The notes: a model not told the origin generated them from the letters alone. Positions 1-9,747 are shown, counted from the first letter of the stretch. The stretch is 64,000 nucleotides of DNA from Nitrospirota bacterium (GCA_963790025.1 CAWBMP010000004.1:1312001-1376000), one strand, 5' to 3'. Translations and numbers: made by a program.

Positions 1-2
1 TA

Positions 3-680
3 TGTCCGGGACTTCTGGAGATTACCGGTGAGGCCGACAATATGTGGTTTCTTGGATTTCTGACCAGCACGGATGACCTTCGCACGCTTGCACGCATGCG
101 GGAAACAACTATCCGCAAGATCCCGGGCATTGGTAAGAAATATGCCTCTGTTATTGTTGAATGGCAGAAAACAGCACAGTTTAGTCACGACGTCGAGTGG
201 GTCGGTGAAATGATCCAGGAAGATGCAATCCGCGTGATGGAACTCCATGCCAAGATAAAATCACTTGAAGCAAAGATGGAGGGTGTTGCACACGGCTCGG
301 ATATTGCGCAAACGCTCGCAACCATTCCAGGATTCGGTTCCATTTGTACATCTGAACTCGCCGGAGAGATTGGAACTATCGAGCGCTTTGGCAGCGAAGC
401 AAGTCTGGCTCTGTATATTGGGATGGCGAATCTTGACAATAGTTCAGGCAAGCAAAAAGGATCAAAACCACCAACGCAGGTTAATACTCGGGCTAAGGCC
501 GCAATGATGGTTGCCGTAGATCGGCACCGAAAACAAGTTCCGCAGTCTCAACAATATTATGAGAAAAAAAGAGCTGAAGGCAAGAAACATAACCAGGCAC
601 TACGTGCGCTTGGTCGTCATCTTTGCCGTGTTATTTTCAAGATGCTGAAGGAGAACAGAGGGTACATCTTATCTAAATAA
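3..680 (+). mobile_element. IS110-family transposase, C-terminal part (5' end outside window)
   Basis: Frame is open from base 3. It carries HhH-like 'LATIPGFGSICTSELAGEIG', 'RFGSEASLALYIG', 'DNSSGK' and 'YYEKKRAEGKKHNQALRALGRHL', typical of the IS110 Transposase_20 domain. Confidence 0.9.
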
Positions 681-831
681 GAAAAAATATATTGAAAATT
701 CCAGCGGGATGTTCAGGCTTGATTATATGCATTTGCGGTCCATGTGTCCATGACTATTTTCATTTATAATCCGCACCATGCTTGGAAAGTCCGATGTGTT
801 TGTTTTTGTACGTAAAAGCGACACAAAAACC

Positions 832-1500
832 TTACGATTCCATCGGCAATATATTTGATTCAGAGTCAAACTTCGGGGAATTCACCGTGTTCGACACCTT
901 ATACATTTCCATCTCTTCTGAGGGATACGGTCTTAAAATCTCCTTCAATGCCTTATAATCCTGACATGCTGGATCGAGCCATATATCCACGTCCTCTGGA
1001 GGCACGATCACCGGCATACGGTTATGAATGGACGACACTAAATCGTTAGATTCGGTTGTTATTATCGCGCAGCCGCAAATTTTATCCCCGTCAAAAGAAG
1101 ACCAATAATTATAGATTCCAGCAAAACCAAAAGGCTTTCCAGATTTTAACCTTATATAAAATGGAGTCTTCTTCTGTCTCTCCCTCTTCCACTCGTAAAA
1201 ACCATCCGCTATTACCAGGCATCTTTGCTTTTTGAATGCCTCTTTGAAACTTGGCTTTTCATCTATTGTCTCGGCTCTGGCGTTGATCATGGGGCTGCCT
1301 TCGGAAAGATCTTTTATCCATGGGGGCAAGAATCCCCATCGACACCTTATCAGTTCCCTCTTGCCTAAATTGTTTACGATGATAATTTCTTGAGAAGGGG
1401 ATACATTATAGCTCGCGGAAAGGTCGAAAGAAGGAGACTCGATATGGAATATCTCGACGACAGACGTTATCGGAGCAATCCTGACAAAGCGGCCACACAT
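832..1500 (-). CDS. SOS response-associated peptidase (SRAP/HMCES/YedK family), abasic-site protection protein
   Basis: N-terminal MCGRF with catalytic Cys2, plus 'INARAET', 'ADGFYEW' and 'IHNRMPVI'. Confidence 0.95.
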   Translation of the reverse strand: MCGRFVRIAPITSVVEIFHIESPSFDLSASYNVSPSQEIIIVNNLGKRELIRCRWGFLPPWIKDLSEGSPMINARAETIDEKPSFKEAFKKQRCLVIADGFYEWKRERQKKTPFYIRLKSGKPFGFAGIYNYWSSFDGDKICGCAIITTESNDLVSSIHNRMPVIVPPEDVDIWLDPACQDYKALKEILRPYPSEEMEMYKVSNTVNSPKFDSESNILPMES

Positions 1501-1710
1501 AAATTAAGATACCATACCAGCCGTCCAGAGTGAGGACCATCTCGACTTATAACCCACCTGCCGTTTATGATATAACCATGACAATTTTCTACGGAATCAT
1601 TCCACTCGGCGCGGTTTTATTACGGCTCTACCTCCTGATTTCTTTCCTGAGCAGAAAACACCGGATATAAAATAGGAAACGCGGCAGTCTTTACTTAAAG
1701 GAGACCCACT

Positions 1711-1854
1711 ATGACAATTGCATGGGAGAAGTTGGAAAGCGAGACACGGGGCGTGGCAGACATATACCGGACTAAGGTTCCCGGCGGCTGGTTAGTGACG
1801 GCCCATGGTGGCGGGATAATGTTTGTACCTGATCCCAACCACAAATGGAAATAA
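1711..1854 (+). CDS. Small hypothetical protein (47 aa), absent from the ORF track
   Basis: AAGGAG RBS at 1698-1703 and ATG at 1711. It translates as MTIAWEKLESETRGVADIYRTKVPGGWLVTAHGGGIMFVPDPNHKWK, and its TAA overlaps the next ATG (TAATG). Confidence 0.7.
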   Translation: MTIAWEKLESETRGVADIYRTKVPGGWLVTAHGGGIMFVPDPNHKWK

Positions 1855-2558
1855 TGAGAACAGCTATTTACGCCCGAGTATCAACAGTCGATAAGGGCCA
1901 GGATCCGGAAATCCAGCTTCGGCCGCTCAGAGAATACTGCCAAGCTAGAAGCATGGAGATCGCTGGCGAGTATGTGGATCACATGACCGGCAGCAAGGAC
2001 CGGAGGCCTGAACTGGACAAATTAATGGATGCAGCTCGCAAGCGCCAGATCGATTGCATTATAGTTTGGAAGCTGGACAGGTTCGGCAGATCTCTTAAGC
2101 ATCTGGTAACTTCCATTGATGAGCTGAACAGCCTAGGCGTCGCTTTTATCAGCTATCAGGAAAACATCGATCTCTCCACGGCAGCCGGTAAACTCATGTT
2201 ACACATCATCGGCGCCATGGCCGAATTTGAGCGCGAGCTGATAGGGGAAAGAGTGAAAGCCGGAATTGTGAACAGCCGTGCGAAAGGTAAGGCGCATGGA
2301 AGGAAGTCTTTAGCGCCTGTTGATATCAGAAGGGTGATCGAGGCCTTCGAACAGGAGCCCACTGCTTCAGTTCGTAAGCTGGCTAAGCTAACTAATGTCC
2401 CTAAGTCATCAGTGGGCCGTATATTGACAGACTTTAAGGCAGGGCTCCTGGACCAGGATGGTCTGCGTTATGCAGCCCCTCTTTTGCCTGTCCCAAAAAC
2501 CACCTCAGATTCCGGGGGGCAAGATGACCAAAAGACGCCACTTTTGCCGGTCGTATGA
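1854..2558 (+). CDS. Small serine recombinase (resolvase/invertase family) with C-terminal HTH
   Basis: 'AIYARVST' with the catalytic Ser, 'RPELDKLM', 'VWKLDRFGRS', 'AEFERELIGERVKAG' and an HTH 'SVRKLAKLTNVPKSSVGRI'. Start moved to 1854 on the basis of the TAATG coupling. Confidence 0.92.
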   Translation: MRTAIYARVSTVDKGQDPEIQLRPLREYCQARSMEIAGEYVDHMTGSKDRRPELDKLMDAARKRQIDCIIVWKLDRFGRSLKHLVTSIDELNSLGVAFISYQENIDLSTAAGKLMLHIIGAMAEFERELIGERVKAGIVNSRAKGKAHGRKSLAPVDIRRVIEAFEQEPTASVRKLAKLTNVPKSSVGRILTDFKAGLLDQDGLRYAAPLLPVPKTTSDSGGQDDQKTPLLPVV

Positions 2559-2582
2559 TACTGTCCCACAAACAGATGTTTT

Positions 2583-2813
2583 ATGGACAAGATGAAAAGG
2601 GCAAAAATGATCAGCTCATCAGATAAAATCACCTGTCCCAAAGATGGCTCGACTCGGTATGTAGCAGCCTGCGAGCATAACTGCCCCAGGCGCGAAAAGT
2701 GCGGAGCCCTAGACACGTACCGGCACCCATTCCTTTTCAGTAAAGGGACAGACACGGTGTTGAAGGGGCCCCAAAGTGATTCTATGAGGCACAACACTAA
2801 ACAGAAGTCGTGA
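2583..2813 (+). CDS. Small Cys-rich hypothetical protein
   Basis: 76-aa ORF just after the recombinase, with four Cys (CPKDG...CEHNC...C). No family recognised. Confidence 0.35.
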   Translation: MDKMKRAKMISSSDKITCPKDGSTRYVAACEHNCPRREKCGALDTYRHPFLFSKGTDTVLKGPQSDSMRHNTKQKS

Positions 2814-3125
2814 CTAACACTTTCATATAGTAACTCTTGCCGACGCGCCATCAGTTAATACTAAAGATTTTTTTCCAGTATAAAACACCCATGGATGTTG
2901 ACTTCACCCCGCTAATATTTATAAAGAACTCAGCACAAAAAATAACCTCATAACTGTCAGTGTTCGATTCTATTGCCAGTTCTGCTGTTCTGACACTGAA
3001 TGATAGGATTAAATAGGGCTACTGCATCAATACCCACGCCACCGTTGCATTTTACAGCACATAGCTTCGTTTTGTATCTCATAATACTTGCCAATAAAAA
3101 CAACGTGTTACTGTATAGAATTTTT

Positions 3126-3147
3126 ATGTTGTTACATAGTACAACAT
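3126..3147. promoter_or_regulatory. Palindromic putative activator (enhancer-binding protein) site
   Basis: ATGTTGT-N8-ACAACAT, a perfect 7-bp inverted repeat upstream of the sigma54-like promoter. Confidence 0.45.
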
Positions 3148-3200
3148 TTGTTGGTTTGGTAAGGTTTAAAAAAATACCGTATAAACAACCATATTCGTTT

Positions 3201-3216
3201 TGGCACGGAAAGTGAT
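3201..3216 (+). promoter_or_regulatory. Sigma54-type (-24/-12) promoter
   Basis: TGGCACGGAAAGTGAT: perfect -24 box, with GA instead of GC at -12. It lies about 40 nt before the RBS of the 55-aa ORF. Confidence 0.6.
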
Positions 3217-3257
3217 ATATAGTAAATATAAAACAAAGCACTTAAAGGGAGGATACA

Positions 3258-3425
3258 ATGAGATTATTTGAAAGGTTTGAAAGAATCATGATGGCAGCAG
3301 CTTTTGCTGAAGAGGGAGAGCTTGATACTGCAAAGCAGATGATGAAAGAAAACGAAACAAGGAAGGACCTTCGTTCCACACAGCGGAAAGAGCATGACAA
3401 ACGGCAGGAATTGAGGGCGGAATAA
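3258..3425 (+). CDS. 55-aa small protein with AAAFAEEGE motif, copy 1
   Basis: GGAGG RBS. Translation MRLFERFERIMMAAAFAEEGELDTAKQMMKENETRKDLRSTQRKEHDKRQELRAE. Confidence 0.8.
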   Translation: MRLFERFERIMMAAAFAEEGELDTAKQMMKENETRKDLRSTQRKEHDKRQELRAE

Positions 3426-3438
3426 CAAGGAGGATACA

Positions 3439-3606
3439 ATGAGATTATTTGAAAGGTTTGAAAGAATCATGATGGCTGCAGCTTTTGCTGAAGAGGGAGA
3501 GCTTGATACTGCAAAGCAGATGATGAAAGAAAACGAAACAAGGAAGGACCTTCGTTCCACACAGCGGAAAGAGCATGACAAACGGCAGGAATTGAGGGCG
3601 GAATAG
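3439..3606 (+). CDS. 55-aa small protein with AAAFAEEGE motif, copy 2
   Basis: AAGGAGG RBS. The protein is identical to copy 1. Confidence 0.8.
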   Translation: MRLFERFERIMMAAAFAEEGELDTAKQMMKENETRKDLRSTQRKEHDKRQELRAE

Positions 3607-3608
3607 CC

Positions 3609-4034
3609 ATGAAAAGGAGTTTTGACACCCTAATGTCGGCAGTAACATTTGCCGAGTCAGGCGAGTTTGATACTTCGCGTGAACTCATGAAGGAAGGCAA
3701 GAGGATATTGGTATCGGTTAATTCAGAAACTTCTGGGAAGGAACTATTCCGCTATGCATCAAATATATGCAAGAGAACAGGGGCAAGTCTGGATGTTTTG
3801 TATAGCGGCAGCCTTGTTGACGGAGTATTGGCTAACAAGTTAACAAAACTTTTAGCCGATGATGTCAGCTACAGATTGGTGCTTGGGAAAGGCAATGTGA
3901 AAAAGGATATTATAAATTACACAAATACCCATTCGGACATAATTTTTGCGGTTGTTGATAACGAGGTCCCTAGTCTTCCACAAATCAGGCAAAGATTAAA
4001 ATGTCCACTGGTTGTAGTGTCGCGTGCAACATAA
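3609..4034 (+). CDS. Protein with N-terminal AVTFAESGE motif fused to a universal-stress-protein-like domain
   Basis: The N-terminus is homologous to the 55-aa ORFs. The rest ('KRILVSV...YASNICKRTGASLDVL...CPLVVV') follows the USP-fold pattern. Confidence 0.65.
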   Translation: MKRSFDTLMSAVTFAESGEFDTSRELMKEGKRILVSVNSETSGKELFRYASNICKRTGASLDVLYSGSLVDGVLANKLTKLLADDVSYRLVLGKGNVKKDIINYTNTHSDIIFAVVDNEVPSLPQIRQRLKCPLVVVSRAT

Positions 4035-4496
4035 ATCAACTGTCCTGAACAGCACTTACGTTTTCAACCTCTGTAAACGAAACTCATGGCTATCACTTTC
4101 AAATAGAAATCGAGACCATTAGGGAAGACGGCTTATCATAACGGTTTCTTCCGGCATAAAACATTCATAATGTTTTGACTCCACCCTGCAAACTGAGTCT
4201 ATCTCTATTTCAGGGATAATTGGTTATGTAGTTTTTATCGCTGGATTGGCGTAATAATATGCTCTTTAGATTATATATAAGGAAGTAAGATGAGAAAAGA
4301 TAAACCTCCGTTTACAAAATTTATTATTCAAATTCCTAAATAGTGTCTGTACATAAACTGATATAGAACTCAACACAGTTAAGAATACTGTGTGCCATAA
4401 CAGGGACAGCAGGAGCAGAAAAAAAACCGAATAACACTGATACAGACCCGGACATATACAGGCAGGGAAATTAAAAAACGAAAGGAGGAAAACATT

Positions 4497-5012
4497 ATGG
4501 AATATAAAAATCTGATGTTAGCTGAGTCCCGAAATGGCAATACTGAGGCAATCAAGCAGCTTCTTGAAGCGGGCACGGATGTGAATGCAATGAATAATTT
4601 TGGAGATACCCCATTAATGTTGGCAGCCCGTTATGGCCACACTGAAACAGTAAAGCTCCTTCTGGAAGCGGGCGCTGATGTTAATGCTAATAATAATTAT
4701 GGCTGGACTGCTCTAATGTGGGCGGCCCGTTATGGCCACACTGAAACAGTAAAGTTCCTTCTCGAAAAAGGCGCAGATGTAAATAGAGAGAACCGTCATG
4801 GCAACACAGCACTACTGCTTGCAGCTTATGAAGGCAGTACTGAGACGATGAAGCTACTTCTTGAAGCTGGCGCTGATGTTAACGCAACGAACGGAGAAGA
4901 CGATAGTGTATTGAGCTATGCCTATGAACTCAAGGACGAAGCCAAGCGAGAGGCGATAATAGAGATGTGTAGGGAATACGCCCTGGATAATGGTGGTGAA
5001 ACAAGTGACTAG
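4497..5012 (+). CDS. Ankyrin repeat protein
   Basis: Four to five 33-aa repeats (GDTPLMLAARYGHTETVKLLLEAGADVNA) and an AGGAGG RBS. Confidence 0.95.
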   Translation: MEYKNLMLAESRNGNTEAIKQLLEAGTDVNAMNNFGDTPLMLAARYGHTETVKLLLEAGADVNANNNYGWTALMWAARYGHTETVKFLLEKGADVNRENRHGNTALLLAAYEGSTETMKLLLEAGADVNATNGEDDSVLSYAYELKDEAKREAIIEMCREYALDNGGETSD

Positions 5013-5365
5013 TGGCCTTTCAGGGTACATAAAAAAAGGGTAGGCGAAGAAGGGGAAAAATACAATGTGCCCGGAACCCGAAGAATGTTTCTTGCTTCTT
5101 GATGGTAACAAGTATCTTTGGTTTCAATGTTTTATTCTCCTTTATCGAAAGAACTATAAAAACAATAATTATGATATCTAATAGGGAATATATAAGACAA
5201 CCAAAGAGGTAGGCTCGCCGTGTTCAAGAAGGAATTCCTTTTTAGTACACTCTTTCCTATGCTAAATCTTGAAGCATTTACACCAATTTTATAGAATACT
5301 TTTTGCCAAGTTTCTTGCTGTGGATGACCAAAGACAGTTCCCTGGCGGTCAAAAAGATTATGATA

Positions 5366-5551
5366 TTATTGCCTCCACCATACACGAAAAAGATAGATTG
5401 CAGGCACGATAAACACAATCGTCACAATAACGATCCAGTTAAGAAATAACGGTTGGAAGCAAACACCCAGGACAATTCCAAGTGAAATCATGGATAATTT
5501 TAAGAGGCCCACCTGCCACCATTTAAGCGTAAATGATTTAAATAAATTCAT
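5366..5551 (-). CDS. Small two-TM membrane protein
   Basis: 61 aa with two hydrophobic helices and an AGGA RBS upstream. Confidence 0.6.
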   Translation of the reverse strand: MNLFKSFTLKWWQVGLLKLSMISLGIVLGVCFQPLFLNWIVIVTIVFIVPAIYLFRVWWRQ

Positions 5552-5598
5552 AACATTATCCTACCATACTTGGAACATTGTAATAAGTTCTCTGACCC

Positions 5599-5808
5599 AT
5601 GAAGCTACCCATCCACTCGAAGGGCCACCTACTCCGTAGATATGGGAAGCGTAAACTATTGACCGGCCGGGGATTTAGTGGTACCATTCACCTGGCGCAT
5701 CGCCTGGATCGGGAAACAAGCGGTATAATACTTGCCGCAAAAACAGAAATTACCTACCGCTCGCTCTTGATTAATGCTATTTGGTGTTTGTTACTGTCAA
5801 CTATTTAG
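5599..5808 (+). pseudogene. Fragment of an RluA-family pseudouridine synthase
   Basis: Catalytic motif II 'HLAHRLDRETSGIILAAK' sits in a 69-aa ORF that lacks the rest of the fold. Confidence 0.7.
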
Positions 5809-5853
5809 CCTGCGAATAACACCTATATTCAAAATGAGTTTTACGCCTTCGCC

Positions 5854-7671
5854 TTACCTTAAAGCGGACACGTTTTTCATGAATTTGTGCACTTTTTCGC
5901 TTACCTCCTTAGGCCCTTTCACTGACGCCAAGCACCTTTTCCCGAAACACAAATAAAGAGCCTCCTCAAAGGGATAGCCGAGACTTGCAATCTTTGCCCT
6001 ATCTTTTTTCATCGACAGAATCCTGATTACCTTTTCCGGCATAAATATGATCTTCACCTCTGAAAGGAACCTCTCTGGCCTTTCCCTGGCGACAATAAGA
6101 ATCTCAAACGGGTCTTGAAACTCCCATCTTATGGTGCTCCCGCAAACTGCCGCAGCGGGGCCGAACCTCTCACAGCTCTTTTTCATGGCAGCGATGGCCG
6201 CGTCACCGGCCCACTTCAGGCTTAAATCACCTTGTTGACGAAAAAGCCTCTGGAGAAGCGCTGCAGCATGGAAATTTGACAAGGCGGAATTATATTCAAG
6301 CAACCTGCCGGGTGTAGACGGCTCAACAAGCATTGTCCCGAGATAGGGCCTGAACCCGCCATTTACGCGGTTAGTGAACTTCTCTACCAGAAGTCGTCCT
6401 ATATCTGAAGATACAGATATATAGGTCTTTGCTCCAGTTACATAATAAAGATCCATAAGCGCCTGACCAAAGAGGGCATTATCATCAAGAAAACCCTTCA
6501 GACCCTTCTCGCCCTTGCGGTAGAAACGAGAGACTCCGTCCTCCGGAGAATAAAGGTTCCGAAGCATAGAATCTGCAGCGGTGGTTGCATATTTAAGGTA
6601 AGTGCCCCGTCCCGTTGCACCGTAAGCTGCCACAAGGGCACTAATCATCCGGGCGTTAGGACCGGCATAGAACATAGTGTCAATATTTGGGGCTCTAAGG
6701 CCGGCACGTTTTCCGGATGTGTAATAGTGCTCATCTGCGTCTTGGCTTCCGTAAAAGAGGCCTTCTTGGGGGTCAAAGAAAGTTCTTATTATATAGTCCA
6801 TCGTCTCAACCGTGATTTTCTTATAAAGTGGCTTTCTGAAAACCTGGTAAGCAAAAGCGTAATTCCTTCCGATCTCCGCATTCAGATCAAGCATTTTTTC
6901 AAAATGAGGCGCTGACCAGTTGCTCCGCGTAGCGTATCGGAAGAAGCCGCCCTCCACGGCATCATGAATCTCTCCCCGCCCCATCTCGTCCAGCGTCTTT
7001 ACAATAATCTCTTTCGCTTCAACATCTCCTCTTCGAACAAATTCCGACAAGAGAAAATTGACAGCATCCGGATTCGGAAATTTCTGAGGTCCGCTGAAAC
7101 CCCCATATTTGTGGTCGAATTCTGATTTGAGAAATCCGACTGTTTTTTCGATATCAGACTGGCCCTGTGGAGAGATATTACTGTCCGAGGCCTCTTCCTC
7201 TTTTTCCCTTTCGTCCTTCCTGACAAATTGTTCCTGATAAAGGACAAGCGACCTCTTTAGCCATGAAATCATCTCATCAGACGGTATATAGGTGCCGCCA
7301 TGGATGATATCTCCAGCAGCTGTAAGCACCAGGGTGCTTGGCCAGCCCCCTTGGTTATAAAATGTGTCGATATCTGGCCTGATATCCGCATCGACCCTTA
7401 CCGGAATGAAGTTCTCGTTGATAAACCGTATTACGGCATCATCGGAATAGGTTGTTTCATCCATCACGTGACACCAGTGACACCATACCGCGCTCAATGA
7501 AAGAAGGATGGGCTTGTTATTCCTCTTCGCCTTCTCCAACGTATCCGTGTTCCACAATCGCCATTGAATAAGACCGGCCCTATTGAAATGCGGGGAGAAC
7601 CTGAAATCGGCCGCTGTGACCTGATCTAAGATGAAAAGGACGCAGAAAATAGTTAAGAAAAAACTCTTCAT
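5854..7671 (-). CDS. YyaL/SPATA20-like protein (DUF255 thioredoxin domain + alpha/alpha toroid), probable signal peptide
   Basis: 'WCHWCHVM', 'QGGWPST', 'GGFFRY' and 'PHFEKML' motifs, with a hydrophobic N-terminus. Confidence 0.9.
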   Translation of the reverse strand: MKSFFLTIFCVLFILDQVTAADFRFSPHFNRAGLIQWRLWNTDTLEKAKRNNKPILLSLSAVWCHWCHVMDETTYSDDAVIRFINENFIPVRVDADIRPDIDTFYNQGGWPSTLVLTAAGDIIHGGTYIPSDEMISWLKRSLVLYQEQFVRKDEREKEEEASDSNISPQGQSDIEKTVGFLKSEFDHKYGGFSGPQKFPNPDAVNFLLSEFVRRGDVEAKEIIVKTLDEMGRGEIHDAVEGGFFRYATRSNWSAPHFEKMLDLNAEIGRNYAFAYQVFRKPLYKKITVETMDYIIRTFFDPQEGLFYGSQDADEHYYTSGKRAGLRAPNIDTMFYAGPNARMISALVAAYGATGRGTYLKYATTAADSMLRNLYSPEDGVSRFYRKGEKGLKGFLDDNALFGQALMDLYYVTGAKTYISVSSDIGRLLVEKFTNRVNGGFRPYLGTMLVEPSTPGRLLEYNSALSNFHAAALLQRLFRQQGDLSLKWAGDAAIAAMKKSCERFGPAAAVCGSTIRWEFQDPFEILIVARERPERFLSEVKIIFMPEKVIRILSMKKDRAKIASLGYPFEEALYLCFGKRCLASVKGPKEVSEKVHKFMKNVSALR

Positions 7672-7864
7672 ATATTAATATATACCATACCTCGACAGCA
7701 GCTCTACACAATGACAACTCTCGGCTGATTGCCGATGTCTCACCTATTGCTAACCGAGAGTTTCAAAAAACGCTGGAAGTGGAGCAAAGTGAAATTTAAA
7801 AAAATCGGTTTCTCCAGAATGTCGATATTTATAATAAAAAGGCATTTCCTGATATAATGCTGCA

Positions 7865-8347
7865 GTGAAGAGAACAGAGCATTCAAAAGGCGGTCTTCTC
7901 ATCGTTGCTTTCTTTGAAGCGGCCAAAGGACTGCTTGTTTTGGTTACCGGTTTCGGTCTGCTGGCGTTTATTCATAAAGACCTTCACTTGGCTGCCATGC
8001 AGCTTGTTCGATACTTGCATATAAATCCTGCCAGACACTATCCCCAGATTTTCATCGATGCAGCCGATCACTTGGACGATGTGCACCTTCGGGTACTGGC
8101 CTTTTCAGCTTTGCTTTATTCAGCAGTTCGCATCGTCGAAGCTTTTGGTTTGTGGAAGCAGCGGCAGTGGGCCAAATGGTTTGCTCTTTTGACCGGTGGG
8201 ATATACATTCCTGTCGAACTATTCGCGATCACGCGCAGAGTGACCTGGCCTAAAGTTGCCGTATTTATCGTTAATCTAGGCATCGTGGTATATATGGGTT
8301 ATGTTTTATACCGATCAAGACAAAGCAGCAAACATGCCAAACGATAA
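7865..8347 (+). CDS. DUF2127-like membrane protein
   Basis: 'AFFEAAKG', 'VEAFGLW..RQWA' and 'IYIPVEL', with four TM segments. Confidence 0.8.
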   Translation: MKRTEHSKGGLLIVAFFEAAKGLLVLVTGFGLLAFIHKDLHLAAMQLVRYLHINPARHYPQIFIDAADHLDDVHLRVLAFSALLYSAVRIVEAFGLWKQRQWAKWFALLTGGIYIPVELFAITRRVTWPKVAVFIVNLGIVVYMGYVLYRSRQSSKHAKR

Positions 8348-8665
8348 TTGCCATCTAAGTTGCCCCATATAAATTATGCAGCATCATTGCAGTCCACGAA
8401 TAGTTTCATTTGATGCAATAAAATTCTCCCTCGCATTGTGACCATTTTTCTTCGATAGTGTCAAGTATTTTTCGCTTTTTATCTCATGACCCGACTCCTG
8501 CAGTATTTATGGGGAAGCGTTCAAATAAGCTTCCTTACTGTAACAAACAGTCCTGAGAGTTGCTATAATTATGTATGTTTCGAACGCTGATCGATAAGTT
8601 TCTCCAGAACAGACGCCCGTATAGTAACGATTGTTTTAGTAATAAATGAGAAAGGAGAACGGCAG

Positions 8666-9199
8666 ATGCAGGCACGCGGACCACTCATGATAGAGCACCG
8701 CCTTATTGAACGGATGCTCTCTATAATTCAGGCTACTCTGGTGAACGTTGAAGAAACCCAGAAAATTGATCCCCTCTTTATTGACAAGGCCATTGACTTT
8801 ATCATGACTTATGCTGACCGGACTCACCACGGTAAAGAAGAAGATATTTTGTTTAAGGACTTGAATAAAAAAGACTTGTCAGATATAGATCGTAAAGTTA
8901 TGAACGAGCTAATTGAAGAACATGTTTTCGGCCGGAGCACCACCAAGGCCCTGGTCGAGGCAAATGACCGCTATCGAAACGGCGACACCTCGGCCCTTGG
9001 AGATATTGTGAGTTGTATGCATACACTCGTGGATTTCTACCCAAAACATATCGAAAAAGAGGACACAGTTTTCTTCGCTGCCTCCCGTAAATACTTTACA
9101 GAAGCGGAGGACCAGGCAATGCTCGCCGAGTTTTGGGATTTCGATCGACGAATAATACACGAGAAATATAAGGCTGTTGTTGCTGATTTAGAAAAATGA
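8666..9199 (+). CDS. Hemerythrin-like (HHE) domain protein
   Basis: 'EHRLI', 'DRTHHGKEEDILF', 'EEHVFGR' and 'HIEKEDTVFF'. Confidence 0.9.
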   Translation: MQARGPLMIEHRLIERMLSIIQATLVNVEETQKIDPLFIDKAIDFIMTYADRTHHGKEEDILFKDLNKKDLSDIDRKVMNELIEEHVFGRSTTKALVEANDRYRNGDTSALGDIVSCMHTLVDFYPKHIEKEDTVFFAASRKYFTEAEDQAMLAEFWDFDRRIIHEKYKAVVADLEK

Positions 9200-9417
9200 C
9201 GATCAGATACTTCCTGAAGTGTTGTGAGTAGTGTATGAGGTCCTGAGAGTCTCACATTTTTTCTAAAAAAGAAGGGGCGACGACAGAGTGCTGGAGGCAA
9301 TAAGGATGAGGCGATCGATTATAAAAATGGGCCGTCTCATTAAAATTCATCTGACACTTTAACCGGAGCGATCGAGTAAAGTGATCGTGCACTCTATATC
9401 GAAGATGGAAAAATAGC

Positions 9418-9747
9418 GTGGAATTCAAATACTATCTTTATTTTTTGATCGGTGGGGCCATCGTAAGTTTAGTTACTTATTTCGCAAGTCACGCCAAACC
9501 TCTTCTGGCGGCTTTCTTTGCCACTATGCCGATCATCACAATCATCACATTTCTGAGTATTTATCATGAAGTCGGCGAGAAAGCCATTGCACCATATGCT
9601 AAGGGTTTGATTATTATGATGCTCCCATGGATGATTTATATTTTCTCAATTATTTTATTGACGTCAAGAGTTGGTTTTTTACCCTCGCTCATAACAGGGT
9701 ATGTTCTTTATATTGCAGTTGCCTTTATAATTTTGAAAAAATTATAA
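9418..9747 (+). CDS. Small four-TM membrane protein (DUF3147/GlpM-like)
   Basis: 109 aa, hydrophobic, with a 'FLIGGAIVSLVT...AAFFATMP' pattern. Confidence 0.65.
   Translation: MEFKYYLYFLIGGAIVSLVTYFASHAKPLLAAFFATMPIITIITFLSIYHEVGEKAIAPYAKGLIIMMLPWMIYIFSIILLTSRVGFLPSLITGYVLYIAVAFIILKKL

Larger units (their letters stand above)
3248..3606 (+). repeat. 181-bp tandem duplication; each unit is an RBS plus a 55-aa ORF
   Basis: GGAGGATACAATGAGATTA... recurs with period 181. The coding parts differ only by a synonymous GCA/GCT and by TAA/TAG. Confidence 0.95.

Noticed and set aside
1578..1670. 30-aa hydrophobic ORF (MTIFYGIIPLGAVLLRL...)
   Set aside because: No RBS and no recognisable family; it cannot be supported from sequence alone.
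3242..3700. Minus-strand ORFs with repeated sequence; possible CRISPR-like repeat
   Set aside because: They are antisense shadows of the 181-bp duplication. There are only two long units and no spacers, so this is not a CRISPR array.
4600..4800. 99-bp-period DNA repeat
   Set aside because: Explained by the ankyrin repeats of the encoded protein.
8550..9250. 11-bp direct repeat GTCCTGAGAGT flanking the hemerythrin gene
   Set aside because: One 11-mer match over this distance can arise by chance, and there are no element ends or integrase.
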